Assembly: GCA_963677925.2 (NCBI GenBank)
Contig: CAXXYH010000004.1
Span: forward strand, 2,556,488 to 2,620,487
Length of the DNA: 64,000 nt
Source: Spirochaetia bacterium
Lineage (GTDB): Bacteria; Spirochaetota; Spirochaetia; UBA9216
Direction: 5' to 3'
The position numbers and the translations under genes are program-made. Below the pieces are notes generated by a model. The model did not search any database. It had not been told where the DNA came from and worked only from the letters and a program-made list of their open reading frames with translations. Below are positions 45,991-56,033 of this stretch, in pieces (the first letter of the stretch is position 1; each line of letters starts with the position of its first letter).

Positions 45991-46880
45991 ATACCACCTT
46001 CCCGAAGAATTTCTGGAAACTTACCAAGGTTGTTAAATATTACATCGGGTTTAAGCTTTCTGCAAGACGGATTATCAGACCTCATTCGCAGAGATCTTTT
46101 ATCACCTGCAAACAATGCCGTCTTAAGTCCGGCAGAGTATGCAGCATAAATGTCATTAAGCATGTCGTTGCCTACAAAAACAGCCTCTGAGGCATCAATA
46201 CCATAGGTTGAAAGCCCTTTCTTCAGCATTTCAAATAAATGTATGTCAGGCTTTCCACGGCCTGTTCTGTATGAAAAAATGCTTAGATTTTCATTGAATC
46301 CGAGTTCTTTGATATTCTTACCCAGAAATACAGGAAACAGTTCTGGCGTATAAAATTGTGCATTCGAGACTATTCCAAGTTTGTACCCATGAGCGTAAAG
46401 AGATTCAAGGCAGTCTGTAAGTCCCGGCATCGGCCATACAGGATTTACTACGCCTTCAAATGCTGCTGCTGCAGTTTCAGGCGTTATAGAATATTTTGCG
46501 GCATATGAGCTTATAAGCGGATTATTAAGAATTTCAGCCCATATATCAGTAATAATAACTTCCGGATATAAAATCCCTTTTTTCTTATCTCTTGTATGTG
46601 ATTGCGCAATAAGGGAAAAATACTGATCTTTAATCTGCTCCCAGATTTTCGGTTCATCAGCAATTATTCCCAGTTTTTCAAAAGCCTTGCCGAATGCCTG
46701 TGGAGAACCGGATGAGACTGCTGTTCCTACATCTCCGGAGCCTGAAATAAAAAGGGTTCCGTAAATATCGAATATTACAGCTTTTATCATACTTAAATCG
46801 GTCCTGTGTTCAGGAGCAGCTGTAGGGACAGGCAGAAGTTCATTTTCTGTCTTTAGAAATATTCTAAAATCATTTTCCAT
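45987..46880 (-). CDS. HAD superfamily hydrolase
   Basis: FDIYGTL, GIVSNAQ, KPD, VGNDMLND. Confidence 0.9.
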   Translation of the reverse strand: MENDFRIFLKTENELLPVPTAAPEHRTDLSMIKAVIFDIYGTLFISGSGDVGTAVSSGSPQAFGKAFEKLGIIADEPKIWEQIKDQYFSLIAQSHTRDKKKGILYPEVIITDIWAEILNNPLISSYAAKYSITPETAAAAFEGVVNPVWPMPGLTDCLESLYAHGYKLGIVSNAQFYTPELFPVFLGKNIKELGFNENLSIFSYRTGRGKPDIHLFEMLKKGLSTYGIDASEAVFVGNDMLNDIYAAYSAGLKTALFAGDKRSLRMRSDNPSCRKLKPDVIFNNLGKFPEILREGGI

Positions 46881-46944
46881 ATCTTCAGTCTACATTTTTA
46901 CAAAGCTATGGTGCAAGGATAAATTTACTGTTAAAATAACGTTG

Positions 46945-47286
46945 ATGAAAAGTCTGAATGACAAAATATTATCTGTTTACGGAAGGCTTGTTACATTTTT
47001 ATTCGTATTTTCTTTTCTTGTAATCAGTCTTATTGTGCTTGGTAATTTTCAGTCGTTTCTCGACAGGACAATGAGCTTATTAATGAGGATATACATATTA
47101 GCTTCATTAATTTTTATTGTAATGGCTTTTTTTTACATCATTATTCTTGTACTGGCCGGCAAATCTGAGAAAAGAAACAGGCCTTTACGGATATTTATTA
47201 TCAGTGTCGGAATTGCTGTTAATCTTGCGGTGTATTTTATTACTTCAGCACTGCTTGTTTTTATACAGCCTGTATCCGGCATTTAA
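46945..47286 (+). CDS. Small membrane protein (3 TM)
   Basis: Hydrophobic; GNFQSFLD motif. Confidence 0.65.
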   Translation: MKSLNDKILSVYGRLVTFLFVFSFLVISLIVLGNFQSFLDRTMSLLMRIYILASLIFIVMAFFYIIILVLAGKSEKRNRPLRIFIISVGIAVNLAVYFITSALLVFIQPVSGI

Positions 47287-47301
47287 TTTTTGGGGATATT
47301 A

Positions 47302-47670
47302 ATGACAAGAGCTGTAAGGGGCGCAATAAATTTTAAAAATGACAACAGTGAACAGATTATTGAGGGTGTAACCCGGATGGTTGACAGTATCTTCAGATTA
47401 AATAGTCTGAACGCACTGGATTGTGTAAGTTTGATTTTCAGCGTTACAAGCGATCTTGTATCAATAAATCCGGCTAAAGCATTACGGACAGGAACCAATG
47501 TATACAGTGATATTCCGCTGTTCTGTACCGTTGAACCCGATTGTATCGGCAGTATGCCGATGGTTGTAAGAGTAATGATAACTTTTAATACTGAAAATAA
47601 TATAAAAAATGATGAAATTAAACATGTTTATCTTGGAGATACAGTGAGTTTCAGACCGGATTTAAAATAA
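47302..47670 (+). CDS. aroH: Chorismate mutase, AroH type
   Basis: RAVRGA, IFSVTSDL, PAKALR, HVYLG...RPDL. Confidence 0.9.
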   Translation: MTRAVRGAINFKNDNSEQIIEGVTRMVDSIFRLNSLNALDCVSLIFSVTSDLVSINPAKALRTGTNVYSDIPLFCTVEPDCIGSMPMVVRVMITFNTENNIKNDEIKHVYLGDTVSFRPDLK

Positions 47671-47672
47671 AG

Positions 47673-48449
47673 ATGGGATATTCATATGTTCCTCTTAAAT
47701 TAAAAAATGAAATACAGAGAATAAAACAAAGCTGCGCTCTGGCTGCCCGCATACTTGATTCAGTTTCGAAGGAGGTCGAACCGGGCGTATCTACTTCTTC
47801 CATTGCTTTAAAGTGTGAAAAACTAATTTCAGGAGCCGGAGCTGAACCGGCTTTAAAAGGCTACAAGGGATTCCCCTCCTGTTTATGCACCTCAGTTAAT
47901 CATGTTGCAGCACACGGCGTTCCAAATGACTATATTCTCAGAGAGGGTGATATTATAACTCTTGATCTTACTGTCGGCCTTCACGGCTGGTATGGCGACT
48001 GTGCGGTAACTCTGCCTGTAGGACGAATTCCTGAAGAAAAGAAGATTTTGATCGCTGCAGCTGAAGAAGCCACAGCTGCCGGAATAAACGCTGCAGCTGC
48101 CGGCTGCAGAATGGGAGATATCGGTTTTGCTATTCAAAGTGCCGCTGAAAGCAGAGGCTTCAGGGTTCTCAGGAATTTTACCGGTCATGGGATCGGCAGA
48201 GATATTCATGAAGACCCAGCAGTTCTTCATATAGGAGAACCGGGCAGCGGAAGACCCGTTGTCCCCGGAATGGTTTTTACAATAGAGCCTATTCTGACCA
48301 GAGGAATTGATTCAGTTGAAACCCTTGCGGATAACTGGACTGTCATAACAAAAGACCGGATGCCCTGTGCCCAGTTTGAGCATACAATAGCAGTGACTTC
48401 AGATAAAACAGAAGTGCTTACTATTCCTCCGGTCAATTCACAGCTATGA
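47673..48449 (+). CDS. map: Methionine aminopeptidase type I
   Basis: CTSVNHVAAHGVP, GHGIGRDIHEDP, FTIEP, AQFEHT. Confidence 0.95.
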   Translation: MGYSYVPLKLKNEIQRIKQSCALAARILDSVSKEVEPGVSTSSIALKCEKLISGAGAEPALKGYKGFPSCLCTSVNHVAAHGVPNDYILREGDIITLDLTVGLHGWYGDCAVTLPVGRIPEEKKILIAAAEEATAAGINAAAAGCRMGDIGFAIQSAAESRGFRVLRNFTGHGIGRDIHEDPAVLHIGEPGSGRPVVPGMVFTIEPILTRGIDSVETLADNWTVITKDRMPCAQFEHTIAVTSDKTEVLTIPPVNSQL

Positions 48450-48798
48450 AATAGTTTACTAGACCTGTCCCCACAATGATTACACTCAATATACGGTGTA
48501 TTATCTGATAAGACAGGATTCCTTCTATTTTTATACTCATCAAAGCGCCTGATACAATTAGAAGTATTGCCGAGAGCGCGTACAATACAGCCAAAATGGT
48601 GTTAAGTGCTGGAAAACCCATTGCCGAAAGTTTTTTAAACAGAATTACAGCATAAAGTACAGCTGTACCTGCTGAAAACAGTTTATGAAGGGTAAATATT
48701 AGAACCGGATAAGGAGCTCCCTTTTTCAGCAGTAAAAATCCGCTTAATACAGCCGGAACGGTAAGAAGTATAATTAATAGTCTGATGTTGAAATTCAT
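48433..48798 (-). CDS. Small 4-TM membrane protein with His residues in TM helices
   Basis: LHKL and IHRI in TM segments; SD AGGAG. Confidence 0.7.
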   Translation of the reverse strand: MNFNIRLLIILLTVPAVLSGFLLLKKGAPYPVLIFTLHKLFSAGTAVLYAVILFKKLSAMGFPALNTILAVLYALSAILLIVSGALMSIKIEGILSYQIIHRILSVIIVGTGLVNYFIAVN

Positions 48799-48828
48799 TT
48801 CAATCTCCTAAAAATATAATATTTACCT

Positions 48829-48856
48829 TTAGACTCTTAATTTGAGTGAAAGTTAC
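48829..48856 (-). promoter_or_regulatory. ECF sigma-type promoter
   Basis: GTAACTT-N15-GTCTAA upstream of 48798. Confidence 0.55.
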
Positions 48857-48873
48857 GGGCAAAGCTTAATAAT

Positions 48874-49629
48874 TTATTCTTTTATGGAAAATTCAAGCAT
48901 TGGAATTCTTCGGTAAATGTCCTGCAGTGAATATTTTGAATCATTTAAAGCATCTTTGACCATTTTATGATGTTTCAGGTTATCAGCATTTTTTTGAGCA
49001 GTCTTCAAAAGCCCCGGATATTTTGATAAGAGGTAGCCGATTTTATTCTCACATTTACATGGGTTACTGCTGTCATACCATGAGCAGTTTTTTTGAAAGT
49101 GGTTCCTGAGATTATTTCTGGCACGGGATAAGCGGCTTTTTACAACACCTTCAGAGCTGTCAATGATAAATGCTATATCACTGTAACTTAATTCAAACAT
49201 TTCTCTCAGAATAAAAACTATACGCTGTTCCTCGGTCAGTCTGAATGTAACAAAAAAATGACATTTTTCGCGTATTTCATAAAGAAGTTCATCAGTTATT
49301 ATCCGCTTTTCCACATCAGAAAGACCGTATCCGGTAAAGTCTGGGTCCGGCTGATTATTGCGGTTAATTGTATCATCAAAACTTTTCTGAATAAGATTAC
49401 TATAATTTTTTCTGTAAGATAGACTGGTATTTACTGCTATTCTGTAAATCCAGGTGTAAATTGTGCTGAAATTCTTAAAGCTGTCAATTTTATCATTGGC
49501 CTTTATAAATGTTTCCTGAACCACATCTTCCGCATCATGAATATTACCAAGAATGCGGTAGGCAATATTAAAAACCCTTGGCCTGTATTGTTTGATTAGT
49601 GTATCGATATCTGCTTTATTATCGGACAT
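48874..49629 (-). CDS. ECF RNA polymerase sigma factor with Cys-containing C-terminal extension
   Basis: DAEDVVQETF, TWIYRIAVN, VKSRLSRAR, then CSWYDSSNPCKC; start ATG 49629 (longer ORF overlaps tRNA-Thr). Confidence 0.9.
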   Translation of the reverse strand: MSDNKADIDTLIKQYRPRVFNIAYRILGNIHDAEDVVQETFIKANDKIDSFKNFSTIYTWIYRIAVNTSLSYRKNYSNLIQKSFDDTINRNNQPDPDFTGYGLSDVEKRIITDELLYEIREKCHFFVTFRLTEEQRIVFILREMFELSYSDIAFIIDSSEGVVKSRLSRARNNLRNHFQKNCSWYDSSNPCKCENKIGYLLSKYPGLLKTAQKNADNLKHHKMVKDALNDSKYSLQDIYRRIPMLEFSIKE

Positions 49630-49655
49630 ATAGGAATTATAGCATGAACGGGCAT

Positions 49656-49686
49656 AAAAAAAGGTAATATCCATTGATATTACCTT
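49656..49686 (-). terminator. tRNA-Thr terminator
   Basis: AAGGTAATATC-AATG-GATATTACCTT plus T run. Confidence 0.8.
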
Positions 49687-49694
49687 CAATTTAC

Positions 49695-49768
49695 AGCCGC
49701 CTGTCAGATTCGAACTGACGACCCCGAGATTACAAGTCACGTGCTCTGGCCAGCTGAGCTAAGGCGGC
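49695..49768 (-). tRNA. tRNA-Thr(TGT), CCA not encoded
   Basis: GCCGCCTTAGCTCAGCTGGCCAGAGC...CTTGTAA...GTTCGAATC...GGCGGCT; one U-U pair in the anticodon stem. Confidence 0.94.
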
Positions 49769-49996
49769 TTAACAGTCCTTAACTGTGGTGGTAACTTACA
49801 TGTTTTTCACTTTTTTGTCAACATTTTGAGTATTAATAAATCGTTCGTTTTCACATCTGACTTAGGATAGAAATTGTATGAAATATATTAGGAATTTAAC
49901 CATAAAGGCTTGTCAAAAAAAATGATTTATAGTACAAAGTTGGTGAGTAAAGTCATGGTTAATTCATCCAGTGCCTGGCAGCTGACTTTATTCTAC

Positions 49997-50078
49997 GGGG
50001 AGGTTCCCGAGTGGCCAAAGGGGGCAGACTGTAAATCTGTTGGCTCAGCCTTCGAAGGTTCGAATCCTTCTCTCCCCA
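49997..50078 (+). tRNA. tRNA-Tyr(GTA), CCA not encoded
   Basis: GGGGAGGTTCCCGAGTGGCCAAAGGGGGCAGACTGTAAATCTG, long variable arm, GGTTCGAATCC. Confidence 0.96.
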
Positions 50079-50116
50079 AAGCCTTTTCCTTGAAACAGGG
50101 AAAAGGCTTTTTTTTT
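50078..50116 (+). terminator. tRNA-Tyr terminator
   Basis: AAAGCCTTTTCC...GGAAAAGGCTTT plus T run. Confidence 0.8.
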
Positions 50117-50164
50117 AGACTTTTTTTGTTTTTATTTGTAGCTTATAATGATATTGGAAGGGAT

Positions 50165-50605
50165 ATGACTGAGGATATTTTCTATAAAGACGGACTTAGA
50201 TTTGAATGCCAGAGATGTTCTGCATGCTGCAGGTTTGATCCCGGGTATGTCTTTATTTCAAAAAATGACCTCGAAAATATGTCATCACATTTTAAATTGT
50301 CTGAAAAGGATTTTCTGGAAAAATACTGCAGAGTCATAGATTTAGGCATTACTAAACGGATAAGTTTAAATGAGAAAAAGAATTATGACTGCATTTTCTG
50401 GGAAAATGATGGATGTTCTGTCTACGGGATAAGACCTGTTCAGTGCCGGACTTTTCCGTTCTGGAGCAGTTTTCTTGGAAGTATCGATGAATGGAAAGAG
50501 CTTGGAAAAAGCTGTCCGGGAATTGATAAAGGCTCTGTTGTTTCTTATGAAGAAATTGAAGACAGAGTTAAACAGAGACAGAATGAAAAACTGTTAACAG
50601 TTTAA
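50165..50605 (+). CDS. YkgJ family cysteine-cluster protein
   Basis: FECQRCSACC, CIFW, CSVYGIRPVQCRTFPFW, CPG; start ATG 50165. Confidence 0.9.
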   Translation: MTEDIFYKDGLRFECQRCSACCRFDPGYVFISKNDLENMSSHFKLSEKDFLEKYCRVIDLGITKRISLNEKKNYDCIFWENDGCSVYGIRPVQCRTFPFWSSFLGSIDEWKELGKSCPGIDKGSVVSYEEIEDRVKQRQNEKLLTV

Positions 50606-50624
50606 TTCGAACCGGGTGGTGTCG

Positions 50625-51566
50625 ATGAAAATAAAATTCTGGGGTGTCAGAGGTTCTGTCCCGACGCCTGTAAAACCATCTCAGCTGCAGAGTAAGATTG
50701 CTGCTATTGTGCAGCGTATTCAGCCCTCGGATCTTATCTCTCAGGAAAGCCGGGATGCGTTCCTTGCAAGCGTTCCTCCCTATCTTCTTGAAACAATAGG
50801 CGGAAATACTACATGTATCGAGGTTCGGCCCGACAGTGGAAATCTTATCATTATTGACGCAGGTTCAGGTATTAGAGAGCTGGGAATTGATATACTTAAA
50901 AAACATGACAAAGTAAAGGAACTTCATATATTTTTTACACATTTTCACTGGGATCATATTCAGGGGCTGCCGTTTTTTGATCCTGCTTATATAAAGGGAT
51001 ATAAACTTCATTTTTATAGTCCCATTAAGGATTTTGAAAAACATCTTAGAGAACAGATGAAATATCCGTATTTCCCGGTTACCATGGACGATTTTGCAGC
51101 AGAAATGCATTTTCACCATATGGAGGAAAATACGATTAAAATAGGTCCCACAGCGATTTCCTGGCGCAGGGTTAAGCATCCCGGGGGCTGTTTTTCTTAT
51201 AGAATAGAGGAAGGCGGAAAAACTTTTATTTTCTCTACTGATACAGAGCTTACTGAGCGTGATTTTGAAAAAACTGAAGAGAATATCAAGTTTTATAAGG
51301 ATACAGATTTAATTGTAGTTGATTCACAGTATACACTCGGTGAAGCCATAGAAAAATATGACTGGGGGCATTCATCCTACAGTCTTGCTGTAGACTTCGC
51401 CGCAGAATGGAAGGTTCCCAAACTGGTGCTTTTTCATCATGAACCAAAATATGAAGATAAAAAGATATATAAAATACTTAATTCAGCGAAATGGTATGAA
51501 AAGCATATAGAAAACAGCGATCTGGAAATCTTTCTTGCCAAAGAAGAACTGGAGTTTGAGCTTTGA
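50625..51566 (+). CDS. MBL-fold metallo-hydrolase
   Basis: FWGVRGS, GGNTTC, THFHWDHIQGLPFF, WGHS, FHHEP. Confidence 0.92.
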   Translation: MKIKFWGVRGSVPTPVKPSQLQSKIAAIVQRIQPSDLISQESRDAFLASVPPYLLETIGGNTTCIEVRPDSGNLIIIDAGSGIRELGIDILKKHDKVKELHIFFTHFHWDHIQGLPFFDPAYIKGYKLHFYSPIKDFEKHLREQMKYPYFPVTMDDFAAEMHFHHMEENTIKIGPTAISWRRVKHPGGCFSYRIEEGGKTFIFSTDTELTERDFEKTEENIKFYKDTDLIVVDSQYTLGEAIEKYDWGHSSYSLAVDFAAEWKVPKLVLFHHEPKYEDKKIYKILNSAKWYEKHIENSDLEIFLAKEELEFEL

Positions 51567-51757
51567 TTACTGTCGAAGGACATAAAATCGCCGGTCTTTA
51601 TCTTTTTCTAAAGGAACATGAAAACCTGCTGGATAAAAATATGCAGGATCTTCATGACGACATCGAAACATATCTTTACGAAATTCTTTCTATAGAAGAA
51701 ATGGAAAACATTAGAAGTCTTTATGAGAATAATTCTGATTTTTTAATCAATAAATGA
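51563..51757 (+). CDS. Small hypothetical protein (64 aa)
   Basis: TTGA overlap, SD GGAG. Confidence 0.55.
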   Translation: MITVEGHKIAGLYLFLKEHENLLDKNMQDLHDDIETYLYEILSIEEMENIRSLYENNSDFLINK

Positions 51758-51787
51758 TAAATTCCTTTGATACCCTTAAGGAAGGAC

Positions 51788-54700
51788 ATGATGAAAAAGA
51801 AAGTACTGTTTATTTTAATTTCAATTTTAACCGCAGCAGTAATCTCCGCTGAAGGAAATGAAACCGCTAATCTATTAAGATCGCCGTCTCTGACCCTGAC
51901 CGGCGGAAGTTATACTTCAACGGAATCTCCGTCTGCTGATATTATCAATCCGGCTGCATCTGCCTTACAGCAGAGGATTACCGCTGAAATTAATTTTACA
52001 TCATTGTTCGGTGATGCTGCAGATTCGGGATATGACGGCAGTGCCTTCGGGCTTGGGCTTTCTTATCCGACACGCGCCGGTGTAATTACCGGAAACGGTT
52101 TTCTTATGGGAACGAATACTGCATTAACAGAAATTAATCCAGGCACATTTCAGGGCGGATTAAGTGCTTCTTTTGCAAAAGAACTGTATCCGGACCTTTT
52201 AACAGGAATTGGAATTGATTTTACAGCAGGCGAAAGCTGGTATCTTGGCGCAGATATTGGTTTTATTAAATATGAAGGCGATATTTCCTTTATGAAAGAT
52301 TTTCGCTGGGCTGCCGCATTGAACAACTTTGGATATTCCGGATTTTCAACGACAGATATTTCATCTCCTTTTACAATCGGCGGAGGTGCTGCCTTTGATC
52401 TGGTTAGTACGGATAATATCTTCCTGGCACTCAACTCTGATTTGATTATTCCTTCACTTTTTAATTTCGACAATATTAATATGAGGCTGAGTGTCGGTGC
52501 TGATGCCAAATTTTTTGATTTTATCGGTCTGAAAACTACAGCTGCTCTTGATGTACGTGAGCTTGCCGCAGGAGACACCTCGGCGCTGATTCCTGCATTC
52601 GGTATCTATGTTGATCTTACCACCAATTTCAACAAGGATGATGATTTTCTCAGTCTTGCCGAGCGTGGCTGGGGCCAGAGTGATGTTCAGACAACTGTCG
52701 CTGTATCTCCCATGGCAAATGATCTCTGGTCGGTCGGCGCCGGTGCGGTGCTGAATCTCGGAGTTGTTGACAGGGATGCACCGGCAATCGAGCTTGATCT
52801 TTCAGGCTTTGAAGAGGCTGTTGAAGATCAGGATGCAACTCAGGATTATCAGAGCTCTGATAATGTAAGTTTTATTTTTCCTTCGTATGATGATGGAGGA
52901 AGGGGCAAGTCTGCCGGGTTAAAAAAAACTGTTGAAAAAAGAACGGTCAATGATGCTGTAAGCAAATCGGTAAAAAAATCATCGGATAATCCAGGAAATA
53001 TCAATGCCGGTCCTGATGATGAAAAAATAATCGCCTATATTTCACCGAATAATGATGGAATCAAGGATGAAATTACAATTCCGGTTAAAATTACAGATTC
53101 AAGGTATATAAAGGGATTTGCCTTCATAATAGAAGATGAGGAAGGCAATGAAGTTAAACGTATTGAAAACAAGGAAAAACGTCCTGAAAATACATCCGGA
53201 ATTGCAAATTTCTTTTTAAGGCTTTTTTATGTTGAAAAAGGCGTTGATATTCCGGAAAGTATCCGATGGGACGGAATGAATAACAACGGTTCTGTAGTTG
53301 ATGACGGTGTTTATATTTTTTATATGCAGGCCTGGGATGATAATAATAATATTTCAACTACTTCCAAATATGCTATCGTTGTTGATAATACTGCACCTGA
53401 ATTAGCAATCGGAGAAATCAGCTCTGATAATAAAATTTTCAGCCCTAATAACGACGGCAACAAAGATGAACTTGAAATTACTCAGTCAGGATCCGGAGAA
53501 GACAGCTGGAATGCTGTTATTAAGAACACATCCGGAAAGGTTATGAAGAACTTTGTCTGGCAGAAACAGAGCCCTGAAACATTCAGCTGGGATGGTAAGG
53601 ATGATAAAAAACTTCTTCTTCCGGATGGCGTATATTTCTATTACATTTCAAGTACTGACCGAGCCGGTAATTCAACTGAAGATGAACTTTCAAATATTAT
53701 AATCAATACCCAGTCCACACCGATTTCTTTAAGCCTCGATAATGCATATATTGCACCCGGAATCAGCGGTTCTAAAGAAACACTGGTATTTCAGCCTGAA
53801 ATTCCAGTGAAAACAGGTATAACTGAATGGAGACTTACGGTAAGAAATAATAATGGGCTTGTTGTCAGAACTTTTTCAGGCGCATCTGAAGTTCCCGCGA
53901 TTGTGAGTTTTGACGGAAGAAATGATTCAGGTCAATATCTTGACGAGGGGCTGTATAAGGCCACTCTTCAGATAATCTATATTAACGGAAACCGGCCGGT
54001 AACAGACTCTCCTCAGATAACCGTGGATAAGACTGCTCCAAGGGCTTCAACCAGTGCTTCACTTAAGATTTTCAGCCCCAACGGAGACGGTAAAAAGGAT
54101 TCAGTTGTAATTTATCAGGAGACTTCAACAGAAGATGTCTGGTATGGTCAGATTACCGACGGTGAAGGCACAGTAGTAAAATCATATAAATGGGTCAGCA
54201 ATGCAGATCAGTCAATAGAGTGGCTGGGATATACAGACGATGGTAAACTTGCCGCAGACGGCGATTACAGCTACAGACTTTATACTTCTGACCGGGCGGG
54301 GAATACAGGTGACTCGGAAGCTCTTAACCTAACTCTCGATACCGAGGCTACTCCGGTAATAATTACCGCAGGCACAGAAGCCTTCTCACCGGACGGTGAC
54401 GGAACAAAAGATATTATAACATTTAGTCCGGTACTAAATGTAACCGGTGGAATACAGTCATATACCATAAATGTTAAGGACAGCAGCGGAAAAGCCATTA
54501 AAAAGATTACCGGCAGAGGAGCCCTTAAAAAAGAGTTTACCTGGGACGGATTCACTGATGATGGACGAAAAGCTGTAGACGGAACCTATCAGGCAGAGCT
54601 TGAGGTTGTATATGAAAAAGGTGATATATCAAAGGCTGTTTCAAGAGAGTTTGTTATCGATACGGTCTACCCGGCAATTGATATAAATGCTGAATATCTA

Positions 54701-56023
54701 CTGTTTTCTCCGGATTCCGACAACAGGAAGGACTCTGTAACAGTAAGCCAGAAAACAAGTACTGAAAATTTATTTACCGGAGTTATTAAGGATAAGAATG
54801 GAAACACGATTAAAGATTATCTCTGGAAGGGTACTGCTGATTCATTTACATGGGATGGCACAGATAATCAGGGTAACAAGGTTGCAGACGGATCATATTA
54901 TTATTCGATTGTTGCCGTAGATCCGGCCGGAAATAAAACCGAAAAGACATTGCCGGCTCTTATCATAGACACACGTCAGGTTAATGTTTTTGCAACTGCC
55001 GATAGCAGCGGTTTTACTCCGAATAACGACAGCAGAGATGACAGAATTGAGTTCAGCACGATGACAACCTTAAGAGAGGGTGTTGAAAAGTGGAGTTTCG
55101 AGATTCTTAAGAACGGAGTCAGCCCAGTAAAAACATTTGAAGGAACAGCTCTTCCTGAAAAAATTATATGGGATGGCACTGATGACAGCGGAAAAGTTGT
55201 TGAAGGTGTTTTTAAGGCCAGATACCGTGTTGAGTTTAAAAAGGGAAATCTTCCTGAATCACTTACAAAGGAATTCAGCTCTGACATTACAGCCCCTAAA
55301 GTAACAGTTTCGATGGCGCCGCAGCCGTTCTCGCCTGATAACGACGGTATCGATGATGAACTTACAATCAGTCTGGCCGTGAGTGATATGAGCGCTATTG
55401 ATTCCTGGTCTCTTGACATCGTAGACCGTGAAGGAAATGCTTTTACTAGTTTTTCCGGAAATGGGCAGCCTTCAGATAGAATAATCTGGGATGGTTTGAG
55501 TTCTACAGGGGAACTTGTAGGCGCTGCAGAGGATTATCCATACAGACTGAAAGTAACAGATGAATTCGGTAATTCAAATGAGAGTTACGGAATTATACCT
55601 ATTGACGTTCTTGTTGTAAGAGAAGGTGACAAATTAAAGATTCGAATTGCAAATATTACATTCGCACCTGACAGTCCGGAGCTTCTTACAACAGATGCTG
55701 AAATTAAGGCAAAAAATGAATATGTACTTGGAAGACTTTCTGAAATACTTAAAAAATATGAAAGCTATAAAATAATGATAGAAGGCCATGCAGTAAGTGT
55801 CTGGTGGTCTGATTCCGCACGGGCAAAAAAAGAGCAGGAAGAAGAACTTCTCCCTCTCTCAAAGGCAAGAGCTGAAACTGTTAAGAACTACCTATCTAAG
55901 CTAGGTATCAGCAGCCTTAGAATGTCAACTGTCGGTATAGGCGGAAGCAGCCCGATTGTTCCGCACAGCGATCTGGATAACAGATGGAAGAACAGAAGGG
56001 TTGAATTTATTCTTATAAAATAA
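51788..56023 (+). CDS. Large exported protein: N-terminal putative beta-barrel, eight FlgD-Ig/CHU_C-like repeats, C-terminal OmpA domain
   Basis: Signal peptide; NPA motif; repeated FSPxxDG and WDG...DG.Y motifs; IEGHA...LSKARAETV...NRRVEF. Confidence 0.85.
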   Translation: MMKKKVLFILISILTAAVISAEGNETANLLRSPSLTLTGGSYTSTESPSADIINPAASALQQRITAEINFTSLFGDAADSGYDGSAFGLGLSYPTRAGVITGNGFLMGTNTALTEINPGTFQGGLSASFAKELYPDLLTGIGIDFTAGESWYLGADIGFIKYEGDISFMKDFRWAAALNNFGYSGFSTTDISSPFTIGGGAAFDLVSTDNIFLALNSDLIIPSLFNFDNINMRLSVGADAKFFDFIGLKTTAALDVRELAAGDTSALIPAFGIYVDLTTNFNKDDDFLSLAERGWGQSDVQTTVAVSPMANDLWSVGAGAVLNLGVVDRDAPAIELDLSGFEEAVEDQDATQDYQSSDNVSFIFPSYDDGGRGKSAGLKKTVEKRTVNDAVSKSVKKSSDNPGNINAGPDDEKIIAYISPNNDGIKDEITIPVKITDSRYIKGFAFIIEDEEGNEVKRIENKEKRPENTSGIANFFLRLFYVEKGVDIPESIRWDGMNNNGSVVDDGVYIFYMQAWDDNNNISTTSKYAIVVDNTAPELAIGEISSDNKIFSPNNDGNKDELEITQSGSGEDSWNAVIKNTSGKVMKNFVWQKQSPETFSWDGKDDKKLLLPDGVYFYYISSTDRAGNSTEDELSNIIINTQSTPISLSLDNAYIAPGISGSKETLVFQPEIPVKTGITEWRLTVRNNNGLVVRTFSGASEVPAIVSFDGRNDSGQYLDEGLYKATLQIIYINGNRPVTDSPQITVDKTAPRASTSASLKIFSPNGDGKKDSVVIYQETSTEDVWYGQITDGEGTVVKSYKWVSNADQSIEWLGYTDDGKLAADGDYSYRLYTSDRAGNTGDSEALNLTLDTEATPVIITAGTEAFSPDGDGTKDIITFSPVLNVTGGIQSYTINVKDSSGKAIKKITGRGALKKEFTWDGFTDDGRKAVDGTYQAELEVVYEKGDISKAVSREFVIDTVYPAIDINAEYLLFSPDSDNRKDSVTVSQKTSTENLFTGVIKDKNGNTIKDYLWKGTADSFTWDGTDNQGNKVADGSYYYSIVAVDPAGNKTEKTLPALIIDTRQVNVFATADSSGFTPNNDSRDDRIEFSTMTTLREGVEKWSFEILKNGVSPVKTFEGTALPEKIIWDGTDDSGKVVEGVFKARYRVEFKKGNLPESLTKEFSSDITAPKVTVSMAPQPFSPDNDGIDDELTISLAVSDMSAIDSWSLDIVDREGNAFTSFSGNGQPSDRIIWDGLSSTGELVGAAEDYPYRLKVTDEFGNSNESYGIIPIDVLVVREGDKLKIRIANITFAPDSPELLTTDAEIKAKNEYVLGRLSEILKKYESYKIMIEGHAVSVWWSDSARAKKEQEEELLPLSKARAETVKNYLSKLGISSLRMSTVGIGGSSPIVPHSDLDNRWKNRRVEFILIK
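53030..55620 (+). repeat. Eight protein-level Ig-like repeats of roughly 105-130 aa
   Basis: ISPNNDG, FSPNNDG, IAPGISG, FSPNGDG, FSPDGDG, FSPDSDN, FTPNNDS, FSPDNDG. Confidence 0.8.
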
Positions 56024-56033
56024 CAGGAGCACG

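Noticed and set aside
49630-49740. N-terminal extension of the ECF ORF
   Set aside because: Overlaps tRNA-Thr and its terminator
49910-50164. N-terminal extension of ORF 49910..50605
   Set aside because: Runs through tRNA-Tyr and its terminator; real start is ATG 50165
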